From assembly GCA_041750285.1 (NCBI GenBank), contig JBGSZS010000002.1, positions 1 to 64,000 on the forward strand: DNA of 64,000 bases, written 5' to 3'. The position numbers and the translations under genes are program-made. Positions 9,076 to 18,815 of this stretch are shown piece after piece. Each line of letters begins with the position of its first letter. Position 1 is the first letter of the stretch. This DNA comes from Candidatus Fermentibacteraceae bacterium (lineage in GTDB: Bacteria; Fermentibacterota; Fermentibacteria; Fermentibacterales; JCC-6). Under the pieces are notes generated by a model, which saw nothing but the letters and a program-made list of their open reading frames with translations, ran no database searches and was not told the origin of the DNA.

Positions 9076-12000
9076 CGTCGGCCTCCGCGTTCGCAAGGTA
9101 GGCGCGTTGTGCCCGCCAGTTAGAAAGCAGCGCGGCCTCCTCGGGCATCACCCCGTAGACCGCCATTACCAAGTCATTGATGGCGTCATCCTGAGACCCG
9201 GGAGAATCAGCGCTAGCATCTACCAGCTTCTCAAGTTGTTCCACTGAATCTAGTTTCGGCACAACAATCGGAAGAGGAATCATTGGCGATTTCTCCCACT
9301 CGAAGAACCCCCTTTGCTTCTCACTCAGTCGCGTCGCCGCAGCCAGAACGAACATCAACGAGGAGTTCATCACCGCCACGCTCCACTTGGGAATTCCTGT
9401 TGCGATGTAGCACTTCTGGTTCGTGAAGAGCCCTTCATCATCCCACAGGAACCGGGGCTCGGGTGTGATTGTCGCCCACACGACTTTTGGCTGCTTGAAC
9501 TCCTTGTAGTACGTGCACGAACGCAACTCCCACCACCAGCGGCCCTGGTCGCAACGAGGGCGCAGGTAATTCTCGAAGGCCGACATGTGCCGATGGATTG
9601 CCGGGTACGCATCAGTAAAGATCGCCCGAGCTTCCTTCTCTGTCGTGGCGTCCTTCCACGGGTGAGAGCAGTCAGCATCTCCTGAGTTCTGGATTGTTAT
9701 AAGGTACAGCCCCGCCCACTCGGGTTTCCAGCGCTTGATGTCGCGGCCACGCAGCCATGGCTTGATCAGTTCGGCGCTTCTGGGGTCGGCTGAGATGAGC
9801 TCAGCACGCATTGCTTCGTCGAGGACGAAAGCCTCGTTAAGGCCAGTTAAAACACCACGATACATCCGCCCCTGGACGAACTCACCGAGTGGCGTGCCCA
9901 TCGCCATGATTCGGTCGAACAAACGCACGAGCCTTGGGTCCTCCAAGATCCAGCCGTCCTTACGAAGCAGTGTCTGTGTGAAGCCTTCGATACGGTTGCG
10001 CTCGAGCAGGGCGTCGAGGTTCTCGAGTTGCTCGCGCACACTGGATACATTTTCGGAAGCCCCCGTCTCGGCGAGTGCCCGTCGCACAGGGTAAGTGAGG
10101 CGAGCGACCGAAATCGCGCCATCGGGATCTGGTGCAGCCTTGCGGCCGATGAGCACCGACGGATACGCTATTGCTGCGAACACAGCAAGATCACCGAAGT
10201 CGATGACATGCCCGATCTGGAGCTCAGCCGGCAAAAGTTCCCTCAGCCCCTCGCCGTACGCCGCGCGATGGAACTTGTTGCTGGTGATGAAAGCGAGATG
10301 GCCTCCATCTTTGAGGATATGCAAGGCACGCGCGAAAAAGTACACGAGCAGGTCTGCGGTGCCCTTGTGTACCTCTGCAAAGCTAAACTCATACGTCTCC
10401 TGGTCGATGGCAGCCAGATTCTCCTGGCGTACGTAGGGCGGGTTGGCGATGACGATGTCGAACCCGCAGTGCTCGAAGATCTCGGGGAACTCGACCGGCC
10501 AGAGAAACGGTTTTTTAAACGGAGCGTCCGGGGATAGACCTTCCCGGACTGCGCGCAGAAGTTTGTGGCGCTCGACGAGTGCGGCGGCTGTCTTCTCCTC
10601 GCGCCTGAGATTACGCGCACCCGCGCCCATACGCTTGAGCGTTTCCAAACGAGCCTTCACGCAGGTCAGTGACTGCTCCACCCCAGCAAGTTCGTCGGAG
10701 ATCTGGCGTCTTACCAGTTCGAGTTGCTTTCCCTTAATGTCGCGCCGCAGCTCACGCGCCCTGACCGAGTCGCGAACAGTCGCGTACTCGGCACGAAGCA
10801 CCTCCAGCTCGTGCTCGACCTCGGCAAGATTACCGAAGAGAATCTCTTCCTGATGTCCGCCACGTGGAAGCGTCTCGCGCAATCGCGCCTCCCCGACTCG
10901 GTCAACGAGACTGTCGCCCGCCTCGAAACGGAAGTCGAGATTAGGCAGTGGGACGGGGCGCTCAGCGTCGACAACCATTGAGAGCCAAAGTCGCAGTTGG
11001 CAGATCTCGACCGCCTCGGGGTTGATGTCGACCCCGTAGAGGCAACCTGTGATGACCTTCTCCTTCCACTCGGCGACCTTCTGACCGCCTATCTGCACCT
11101 TCACATCGGCACTCTGTTCAATACCGATCAGAAGCTGTACAATCTCTTGAAGCATGCCGACCGGAAACGCACCCGAACCGACTGCCGGATCACAGACCGT
11201 GACCGACAGGAGCGCCTCTCCGAGCCGCTCGCGCTCTTTGAGCGTGAGGTGTACATCGGTTGCATCCGGGTCGATCGCCTCAAGCCGCAACTGTGCTAGC
11301 ATCTCCCGACTCATCCCGGTCTTCTCGACAAGATAGCCGTCGAGCGCTTCGCGGCACATAAAGCGGACAATCTCTCGCGGTGTATAGAAAGTGCCGGTCA
11401 TGTTGCGGTCCTCGTTGAGGTTCTCGAACACTTTGCCCAAGAGCTCGGGGTCAGGATCGACCGATAGCTCATCAGGAGTGGACTCCTGTGTGGTGAAGCG
11501 GTAGCTCGATAGCAGCCCGAGAAGCGAAGGCTCACGGCCGTCATGCGTGCGTTGGTCGAAGAGCTCGTTGGGGACGACTATGTTGACGTGTTCACGATCA
11601 TCGCCGTAGAGCCGGTCTTCTACAGCCGTCGGGACGAAGAGGCCCCCATTGAGATATGGAATGTCTCCTAGCGCTTGCGCTCTCTTCGTGCGTCGTTTCT
11701 TTTCGATAGCGAGCGTGTCGAAGAACAGCGGCAGCAGAGCATCGGTGAAGTAGTTGCGGTGCTCTGAAACGGTGCGTCCATAGAGGTTTACGAGGTATGA
11801 TGTGTCCCCGTCGAGCCATCCCTTAGCCTGGATGAACCACAGGAAGAGCACACGCCCCAGGTTGCGGGTCACGAAACGTCGCAGCTCTGCTTGCGTGGAT
11901 TCGTCGTTGTCGGTCGGGTCAAGCAGCGGATGCCCGGGGTTCGACTCCGAGAGTTTCGCGACGAAGCGGTCGCGCAAAAGTCGGAACTCTTTGTAGAACG

Positions 12001-12547
12001 AGTCAGTGACACGCTCAACGCTGAAGGCGTCGTTCCAAATCCGGGTGATAGCTGCGGTGCCCATGCTGTCAGAGATCTCTAGGCTCTCCAGAAGCCCGAG
12101 GTGGTGCCGGTTCGGATTCGAGCGGGAGACGGTCGCGCGGATTGTTCCGAGTTGACCGTTCATACGCTGACGAGGCAATACGAGCTCAATGTCATCGACA
12201 CCTTCGGCCGTGAGAGCGATGAGGATGTTTCGATCACCGGCTGGAGCCAGTTCGACAAGCGCTTTAGCGATTCGACGCCGCACGCGCTCACGAGCGGAGG
12301 GGCGGTCACCCCACTCTGGGATGGTGGCGACCCAAAGGGCTGCTCTTGCGGCGGCCTGCTCAAGAGCGCCGACGCGACGGAGACTCGTGACCATGCCGGC
12401 GAGTCGGGAGCCGATCTCGGTGCTGGTATCAGCAGCGAAGTTGATTGGAGAAGCGATTGGCGTAAGGTTGAGGGCGTCGCATACCGTGGCCCAATCCCCT
12501 CTTGTGGTTTCCATGAGGGCGCTTCTCAGGATTGCTCGATCGGGCAA
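9068..12547 (-). CDS. Eco57I/TaqI-like N6-adenine DNA methyltransferase with C-terminal target-recognition domain
   Basis: YLNGGLF, FYTPREIV, DPAVGSGAF (motif I), NPPY (motif IV), TaqI_C-like LRGRDIKRW and WWELR. Confidence 0.9.
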   Translation of the reverse strand: MPDRAILRSALMETTRGDWATVCDALNLTPIASPINFAADTSTEIGSRLAGMVTSLRRVGALEQAAARAALWVATIPEWGDRPSARERVRRRIAKALVELAPAGDRNILIALTAEGVDDIELVLPRQRMNGQLGTIRATVSRSNPNRHHLGLLESLEISDSMGTAAITRIWNDAFSVERVTDSFYKEFRLLRDRFVAKLSESNPGHPLLDPTDNDESTQAELRRFVTRNLGRVLFLWFIQAKGWLDGDTSYLVNLYGRTVSEHRNYFTDALLPLFFDTLAIEKKRRTKRAQALGDIPYLNGGLFVPTAVEDRLYGDDREHVNIVVPNELFDQRTHDGREPSLLGLLSSYRFTTQESTPDELSVDPDPELLGKVFENLNEDRNMTGTFYTPREIVRFMCREALDGYLVEKTGMSREMLAQLRLEAIDPDATDVHLTLKERERLGEALLSVTVCDPAVGSGAFPVGMLQEIVQLLIGIEQSADVKVQIGGQKVAEWKEKVITGCLYGVDINPEAVEICQLRLWLSMVVDAERPVPLPNLDFRFEAGDSLVDRVGEARLRETLPRGGHQEEILFGNLAEVEHELEVLRAEYATVRDSVRARELRRDIKGKQLELVRRQISDELAGVEQSLTCVKARLETLKRMGAGARNLRREEKTAAALVERHKLLRAVREGLSPDAPFKKPFLWPVEFPEIFEHCGFDIVIANPPYVRQENLAAIDQETYEFSFAEVHKGTADLLVYFFARALHILKDGGHLAFITSNKFHRAAYGEGLRELLPAELQIGHVIDFGDLAVFAAIAYPSVLIGRKAAPDPDGAISVARLTYPVRRALAETGASENVSSVREQLENLDALLERNRIEGFTQTLLRKDGWILEDPRLVRLFDRIMAMGTPLGEFVQGRMYRGVLTGLNEAFVLDEAMRAELISADPRSAELIKPWLRGRDIKRWKPEWAGLYLITIQNSGDADCSHPWKDATTEKEARAIFTDAYPAIHRHMSAFENYLRPRCDQGRWWWELRSCTYYKEFKQPKVVWATITPEPRFLWDDEGLFTNQKCYIATGIPKWSVAVMNSSLMFVLAAATRLSEKQRGFFEWEKSPMIPLPIVVPKLDSVEQLEKLVDASADSPGSQDDAINDLVMAVYGVMPEEAALLSNWRAQRAYLANAEADDD

Positions 12548-12659
12548 AAGGCTCCCCCTCTCTCTAAAGGTAGTCAGCGCGGTGTTTCGGCTGCATGATG
12601 GCTAAAGTCGCAGTTCTCGCGCGCTGTAAGCCGTCGTGAGCAACGGCTTTCTGGGTGTC

Positions 12660-13124
12660 TCAATCCTCTGTAACGAGATCTCCATTCTCGGTGCAAATGC
12701 CCCACTCTCTCATCAGCATGAAGTTCACACGATGAACGCCCTCAAACACTTCATCAAACATGCTCTTCATTCCTGACAGTTCTTCCTTCATTGCTTCGTG
12801 TGCATGTGAGTCGTCGAGTTTGTTGCGATACGCCTCAAAGAAGTGGTGTGCAAGGTAGTTCCGCTTTTCCAACGCATCCTGAAGCTTGACAGAAATCTCA
12901 CCGAGAACGCCCATCTCAGTCAGTTGGCGTACAAGCTGCCCGAAAGTCATTCGTTCAACTTCATCCATGGTTTTCTGTATCTCGTCTTCTGAGGGGAACT
13001 CACCCAAATTCGTCAATCTGGGGATAAGTAGTAGGAACGCCAACTCCTTTTCCATGAACTGTGACGAGAGGAGGGCGCAGCCAGCGCACTGGAATACCTC
13101 TCGAAGAGCCGCATCCCTCTTCAT
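12660..13124 (-). CDS. Hypothetical helical protein with HEPN-like RxxxxH motif
   Basis: TFGQLV...LEKRNYLAHHF in a 154-aa, apparently helical protein. Confidence 0.6.
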   Translation of the reverse strand: MKRDAALREVFQCAGCALLSSQFMEKELAFLLLIPRLTNLGEFPSEDEIQKTMDEVERMTFGQLVRQLTEMGVLGEISVKLQDALEKRNYLAHHFFEAYRNKLDDSHAHEAMKEELSGMKSMFDEVFEGVHRVNFMLMREWGICTENGDLVTED

Positions 13125-13598
13125 GTCCGTACTCTACTCCACCCAGAAATGAAGCTATTTCAGCCATATACACCGGATGCCTTATATACCTTGCAGGAGA
13201 ATAGCCCGCACGTTCCCTCCAGTCAATATGGCTTCCGCCCTGATCCGCATTTCTGTTCCTCCCCCGATTCTAAGAGTTGCAAGCACACGAGAAGCATGTG
13301 CAACAGAAAAGCCCCTCCTACCACGGTAACCTCCCCGGCAACAAGCAGGAACAGCCACAGCAAGAGACCTGCATGACAAACCCTATAGGTTCATCTGAAG
13401 GGCTACTCACTATGACTCAACGGGAGAACCTCGTATAGTTCCAAACGTTGGATTCCTTGAGTGGACATGCCCCCGATCCGTCAGGTCGGGGCGACCTGCA
13501 GGAAGGCCCCCAGGGCGAAGGACAAGCAGGGGGAGCAGCAGGAGCTTAGCATATAAGATGAGCGGATTCTCTCCCGCGTGAGTGGAGGATTGAATATT

Positions 13599-14309
13599 AT
13601 GAAAAAGATTATCGTTTGCATGTTGGCAGTGGCATCATGCTTTGCGGCTTGGCAAGGCGAAAGAATCGTCGATCCGATAACAGATGAGGTAACTCTTCAA
13701 CTCAGCAACACTGCTCAGTCCGGAAGAAATCTTTATGGGCAAGCGCCTTTGCTGGTGATTCGCTTCCGAGAATCAGAAAGAAGCTACTTGACTCCCTCCA
13801 TTTTTGTAGGTTGGGGGGTTTATGTTGGTAACAGTCAATTCTCTACACTGCGATGTGATGTCAGAGTCGATGATAAGGATCCGCTGGTCGTCAGACTTTC
13901 TTCGTCAACATCAAATGAGGCTACATTTTTCCAGATGAGCATCGAAGAGATGTTTCTCCTACTTGCAGATATGTTTGCAGGGGATGAAATTGTAGTGAGG
14001 TTCACCCCGTATGGAAGTAACCCTATCACAGCCACATTCAGCCTAGTTGGACTTACGTCTCGAGCACGCAACATTGGAGTTGAAACCGACATGTCTGTGA
14101 GCTTGGCTGCGCTTGAGGAAGAGAATGCAACATTGCCTGGAACAGTTGTGTACAGCAATGGCCGCGTTATCTACCCAAGTGAAGGAGGTGGCAAGGTTCG
14201 GGAAGATGAAAATCCGAATGGGGAAAGTGTTGAACCTTCCAGCGTGGATACCCTAGCCACCGAAGCGGATGATGTGAATCAAAAAGCGAGAATGATAGAC
14301 CCCCTATGA
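13599..14309 (+). CDS. Secreted protein, VasI-like domain
   Basis: Signal peptide MKKIIVCMLAVASCFA; W...DPITD, S....ATF, FTPY....ITATFSL.GL pattern; GGAGG RBS. Confidence 0.55.
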   Translation: MKKIIVCMLAVASCFAAWQGERIVDPITDEVTLQLSNTAQSGRNLYGQAPLLVIRFRESERSYLTPSIFVGWGVYVGNSQFSTLRCDVRVDDKDPLVVRLSSSTSNEATFFQMSIEEMFLLLADMFAGDEIVVRFTPYGSNPITATFSLVGLTSRARNIGVETDMSVSLAALEEENATLPGTVVYSNGRVIYPSEGGGKVREDENPNGESVEPSSVDTLATEADDVNQKARMIDPL

Positions 14310-14652
14310 GATAGCATCTGATGAGAAACCACTCAATCCATGGGTAGTTATGACTCGGGGTCGCACCCCCCACCCGCCCGAACCTCCCAACCACCCCCTT
14401 CCACCGTGAACCCCGTTCCGGGCTCGAATGGAGGCCTCAGGCAGGGTCCCATGCGGTGAACAGTAGTTTACACTGCCTTAGCTGATCGTGTCACCAGAGG
14501 CTTGTTTGAGGGCTCAACGGCCGTCTACCTGCAGGAGGCCTTGTGGCATTGACGGGGGAGGAGTCCACGCCCAGATTGACAGCAGTCGGGCGTTTGAACG
14601 AAGGAAACCGTTGTGAAGGCTGCGCACATTAGTAACGGGCGGAGTGTAACCA

Positions 14653-14880
14653 GTGCCTGAGTATTGCCAGGGGCAGTTCTTCCACGCCGGGGAACTGCTG
14701 GACTACAGCGGGCCACCTGCCCCCGAGGGGTTCACACTGCCTGAGAGGATGGAGATCAAACCCTGGGAGCACCCCATGTTTTTCTGGCTTACCTTCAGGG
14801 GAAAACTCGTTGCCGGACCAGCCCGGCGGGAGGTGCTGGAGAGCTTCGCATACCAGGAATTTCGCCATTGTTCTGAATGA
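14653..14880 (+). CDS. Small hypothetical protein
   Basis: 75-aa ORF, GTG start with GGAG upstream; no recognisable motif. Confidence 0.35.
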   Translation: MPEYCQGQFFHAGELLDYSGPPAPEGFTLPERMEIKPWEHPMFFWLTFRGKLVAGPARREVLESFAYQEFRHCSE

Positions 14881-15180
14881 AACCCCTTGTACCTTTTTTT
14901 TGATAACTACTAAGACACTCTACCGCAATAGTAAATACATTACGATAATATTGTAGACAAAGCCCCTTTTTTGAACCCTCTCGCGGAAGAATCTGGAAGA
15001 AAAAACATAGGCTTGTTGTCGAAACCATCAGATGGAATGTCCGTGCCCCTTCATGTCTGTTTCGTATTGGGCCGGGGGGTTTCCACCAAGTGAGGTCGGG
15101 CTTATCTTCACATCGTTCGAGAACGGCGGTTGCTGTTCAAGTCTGAGAAGCTTGCCGGTTGTTGCCGGCTGCGTAAAGGG

Positions 15181-15456
15181 ATGTTCGGTCTCATGCCTGA
15201 TTACCAGAAGTATGAGAAGTTCCTTCACGACCGTGGAGTGAACCTATCCAAGAAGGACTTTCAATCGTTGATGAGCCTCATGGAGTTTGCCGCCGATTCA
15301 GCGGGGCATTTTGCAGCGGCAGATCATCGGGCGACCGGATTCCTTGTGGAGGAGTTGAACAGGGCGCTGGAGGCTGCAGGAGCTCAACTGAGGTTTCTGG
15401 TTGATGACGGGGGCAAGAAGACCGTCTCAAGTGAGAAGAGCAGCGGGGTGGAGTGA
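15181..15456 (+). CDS. Small hypothetical protein coupled to the recombinase genes
   Basis: Stop overlaps the start of the first large recombinase (GTGATG); start uncertain (15181 or 15193). Confidence 0.5.
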   Translation: MFGLMPDYQKYEKFLHDRGVNLSKKDFQSLMSLMEFAADSAGHFAAADHRATGFLVEELNRALEAAGAQLRFLVDDGGKKTVSSEKSSGVE

Positions 15457-17108
15457 TGGCCAAACCCGGGGATAAAGTAGAACCCATTCCAGAAATTGTC
15501 CGACGGGAAGAGCGGAAGCGTGCTGAACAGGAAAAGAAAGACTGGAAGCCTCGAAATGTTGTTCTGTATACGCGAGTCTCCACACCCCATCAAGCTAAGG
15601 ACGGCTATAGCCTAGAAGACCAAGATGAATCACTGAAAGCCTATTGCAGCAAGTATAAGTACAATGTAATCAAGGTGTTTGTGGATGGAGGGAAATCGGC
15701 GACTGGAGTTGAGAAACGATATGAGTTTCAAGAGATGATTGATTATTGCCTTGAGAATTACAAAAACATATACGCAATTGTTATCAATGTGTTTGATAGA
15801 TTTTTCAGAAACGCAACACTTCACGGAGTTCATAGGGGCTTGCTCGCTGATCATGGCATCAGATTCCGTTCTCCTCATTATTGCTTCAAACTCAGGCCAG
15901 ACGCAGCAGAGATGAAGGACGCTGCGGAGAGCCAGGGTTTCTCCGAGAAGCTTTCGGAAACGATGAAACGCGCCCGCGCAAAAACCTTGAAAGATGGCCG
16001 TGAAGCAGGCAAGGTACCTATCGGTTACCTGCAAGTTCGGGACACAGAACTCAGCCGAGGGTGCAAAATTGAGCTTGATCCGTTACGTGCACCCATCATC
16101 GCCGAAGCCATTGAAGCCTTTGTCTACTCCAGCCGCACAAGGCAAAGCCTCTATGAATGGGCGATTGAGAAAGGTCTCACCAGCCCCAAGACAGGCCTTC
16201 CCATACCCAGAAACACCTTCCTCAGAATATTCGAGAACCCCAAATACGGGGGCGAGCAGTTCGACGGAGAAGGTAACTTCTGGAAGAGTATTCATCCGCC
16301 GATTGTTCCTGCAGAGACCATGAGGCTTTCGATTGCCAAGGTGTTTGGAGGAGATCCCGCCCGGCGCGTACCCCATGATAGGAGTCTGGAAGGGATACCC
16401 CTCAGGCAAGTGTTGTGTTGTCCTGTATGCAGAAAGAGGCTCTCGGGCAGTGTATCGACGGGGAAGATGGGTGAGAAGTACAGTTACTACCACTTGCCCC
16501 GCCATGAACCGCACTGCACTCTGAAGAAGCTAAGACTCGTAGCAAAAGACGCTAATGAAGCTTTCCTTGATGTGCTTGAGCGGCTGAGGGTAGAACCGGT
16601 TGTCTTCGACCTTCTTGCGGAGTTCGTCAGGGATAGGCAACAGAGAAGAATCGTTTCCATCAAAACTGAAGTTGATTCTCTCACTGCTGAGCGAGACAGG
16701 GTTCGGGTAGTTCTCGACGGGCTCGTGGACAAATGGGCTGCGGGGAAACTGACGGACGATGCCTACAACAGTGCCGTCTCCAGGAACGAGGATGTCCTTT
16801 CCAAGGTGGAGTCAAGGCTTGAGGGCCTGAAGAGTGCTGCTCTACCCCTGGATAACATTGTGTTCAGGGCGGCTACCGCTCTGGAACACCCGGATGTGAC
16901 ATGGAGCCTGCTTTCAGATGAAGAAAGAAACCGGATGGCTCATGCACTTTTCCCGGACGGCATCTGTTTCAACGCGCGTATGAAGCCCGTGAGGGTTTCA
17001 CAGGCGCTTCATGGGGGCATGATCACCCTTGCAAGGAAGCCCGTCTGGAGAAGTAAGACCTGGCGGCCCAAGAAGCCCACCAAGAAAGCGTTGGGTGTGA
17101 AACCATGA
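15453..17108 (+). CDS. Large serine recombinase (resolvase + recombinase + zinc ribbon + coiled coil), copy 1
   Basis: LYTRVST..Q, FDRFFRN, PIGY, NPKYGG, CPVC...C. Confidence 0.92.
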   Translation: MMAKPGDKVEPIPEIVRREERKRAEQEKKDWKPRNVVLYTRVSTPHQAKDGYSLEDQDESLKAYCSKYKYNVIKVFVDGGKSATGVEKRYEFQEMIDYCLENYKNIYAIVINVFDRFFRNATLHGVHRGLLADHGIRFRSPHYCFKLRPDAAEMKDAAESQGFSEKLSETMKRARAKTLKDGREAGKVPIGYLQVRDTELSRGCKIELDPLRAPIIAEAIEAFVYSSRTRQSLYEWAIEKGLTSPKTGLPIPRNTFLRIFENPKYGGEQFDGEGNFWKSIHPPIVPAETMRLSIAKVFGGDPARRVPHDRSLEGIPLRQVLCCPVCRKRLSGSVSTGKMGEKYSYYHLPRHEPHCTLKKLRLVAKDANEAFLDVLERLRVEPVVFDLLAEFVRDRQQRRIVSIKTEVDSLTAERDRVRVVLDGLVDKWAAGKLTDDAYNSAVSRNEDVLSKVESRLEGLKSAALPLDNIVFRAATALEHPDVTWSLLSDEERNRMAHALFPDGICFNARMKPVRVSQALHGGMITLARKPVWRSKTWRPKKPTKKALGVKP

Positions 17109-18724
17109 CCACTGCAGGGAAGGCCGTTGCATCACTTGCCCTTCCCCGGAAGCCAGTGAAGAAGGAATCTCAGCCGAAACCCCTCAATGCCGTGATCTAC
17201 ACCAGGGTGAGCACCACCCGGCAAGCCGAGTACGGTAACAGCCTTGAAGACCAGGAGAAGGTCTGCCGGACATACTGCAAGAACAATAGTTTCAAGGTCA
17301 TGGGGCTGTTTGTTGAACCGGGCGTGACCGGGAGAACAGACCGTCGTCCCGCGTTCCAGGAGATGATCTCATTCTGCAAGCGGAACGCCCGGAAGATCGC
17401 GTGTGTGGTGGTGTATGATACGTCGAGGATCTTCCGCGACACCATGCAGTACCTCTACTACAAGCGTGTCCTGCAGAACAACGGGATCGAGCTGATCTCC
17501 CCTAATTCCCAACGGGGCAACTCGCCGGTGCAGCTCCTTACCGAGACCACCCAGGCGGCTTTCGCCCAGTTCGAGTCGGACCTGAAATCTGTCCGTGCGA
17601 AGGAATCCCGGATCGAGGTCCGGAGAAGGGGGCGGCTCACCGGGAAGGCGCCGGTGGGCTTCATCAATGTCAGGGACACCAACAGACCCCGAGGCACCTA
17701 TGTGATTACGGATCCCGAGAGGGCTCCGATCATAGCCGAGGCCTTCCGAAAGCTTGTGGATCCCGAGGTATCTATAGCATCAGTGTACCGCTGGGCTATT
17801 GAACAGGGGCTCACAAACCGTAGAACCGGGCGGCCGCTATCGCCCAACACCTTTCTCAGATTGTTCGAGAACCCTACTTACGCAGGCCTGATCGAGATTG
17901 ACCGCGACGAGTTCGTGGAGGCCGAGTTCGAGGGGATAGTCTCCAGGAAGCTGTTTGAGAAGGTCCTTGAGAGAATGAATTGTGATCTCAGCAGCAGGGT
18001 GCCACGTTCAAGGTCTGTGGAAGGCTTCCCTCTCAAGGGGGTCATTCGATGCCCCGGGTGTGACAAGTACCTTACAGCGAGCCACCAGAGGGGCAAGATG
18101 GGGGTTTACTACGCCTACTACCACCATCCCCGTCACAAGCCTGGATGCCCTTTCAAGGGACTGTATGTGCCTCTGCACGCTGCGGATAAGGCTGTTCTGG
18201 CTTTGCTGACCCGGCTGAAGACGGAGCGGTTCAGGGTTGATACGCTGATGGACGTAGTGAAGAGGCGCCACGAAGAAATGAGAGTGTCTTTAAGAAAAAG
18301 ACTTTCATTATTAGAGTCTGAAAAAAGGAAGCAGGAAAACCTGAAGGCCGCCCTGAGAGAGAAGTACGTGCTCGGAGACCTGGACAAGGATGATTACGAA
18401 GACGGCAGACAGAGGGTCGATGCCAGGTTGTTCGAGATCAGGTCGGAGATCCGGAGGCTGGGAGAAGCAGACATTCCCGTGCGCCAAACGGCAGTGAGGG
18501 CAATGGGGGTGTTGGAACTCCTCGAGACCACATGGAAAGCCTCATCAGATGGGCAAAAGTCGCGGATTGCGAAGGGGCTTTTTCCCGAGGGTATGTCGTT
18601 TGGGTCAGGGCAGAGTGTTGGAACTCCCTCAAACGCCGATCAGTTCGGCCTTTGCGTGCTGTTCGATGGGGGTGAAAAACAGTTGGCGACCCCAACGGGG
18701 TTCGAACCCGTGTTACCGGCGTGA
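17105..18724 (+). CDS. Large serine recombinase, copy 2; C-terminus overlaps tRNA-Glu antisense
   Basis: IYTRVST..Q, SRIFRD, APVGF, NPTYAG, CPGC...C; ends ATPTGFEPVLPA. Confidence 0.92.
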   Translation: MTTAGKAVASLALPRKPVKKESQPKPLNAVIYTRVSTTRQAEYGNSLEDQEKVCRTYCKNNSFKVMGLFVEPGVTGRTDRRPAFQEMISFCKRNARKIACVVVYDTSRIFRDTMQYLYYKRVLQNNGIELISPNSQRGNSPVQLLTETTQAAFAQFESDLKSVRAKESRIEVRRRGRLTGKAPVGFINVRDTNRPRGTYVITDPERAPIIAEAFRKLVDPEVSIASVYRWAIEQGLTNRRTGRPLSPNTFLRLFENPTYAGLIEIDRDEFVEAEFEGIVSRKLFEKVLERMNCDLSSRVPRSRSVEGFPLKGVIRCPGCDKYLTASHQRGKMGVYYAYYHHPRHKPGCPFKGLYVPLHAADKAVLALLTRLKTERFRVDTLMDVVKRRHEEMRVSLRKRLSLLESEKRKQENLKAALREKYVLGDLDKDDYEDGRQRVDARLFEIRSEIRRLGEADIPVRQTAVRAMGVLELLETTWKASSDGQKSRIAKGLFPEGMSFGSGQSVGTPSNADQFGLCVLFDGGEKQLATPTGFEPVLPA

Positions 18725-18758
18725 AAGGCCGGTGTCCTAACCACTGGACGATGGGGTC
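18684..18758 (-). tRNA. tRNA-Glu(TTC)
   Basis: Reverse complement GACCCCATCGTCCAGTGGTTAGGACACCGGCCTTTCACGCCGGTAACACGGGTTCGAACCCCGTTGGGGTCGCCA. Confidence 0.96.
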
Positions 18759-18815
18759 ACCGAAAAACAGGCCCTACTATAGGCTTTGTGCTCGAATGAA
18801 GTCAATGCTTGTTGC

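Larger units (their letters stand above)
1..18724. mobile_element. Genomic island at the tRNA-Glu 3' end (left boundary not seen in window)
   Basis: Three serine recombinases, RadC and defence cargo directly downstream of tRNA-Glu; housekeeping genes begin on the other side. Confidence 0.75.

Noticed and set aside
5527..12547. DISARM or BREX call
   Set aside because: drmA/drmB and brxC/pglZ/brxL-like genes are not present in the window
1..18683. Second att copy (duplicated tRNA-Glu 3' end) marking the island's left end
   Set aside because: Not found by eye; only a short ggggtcgc match near 14357, too short and in the wrong orientation. The boundary is probably outside the window
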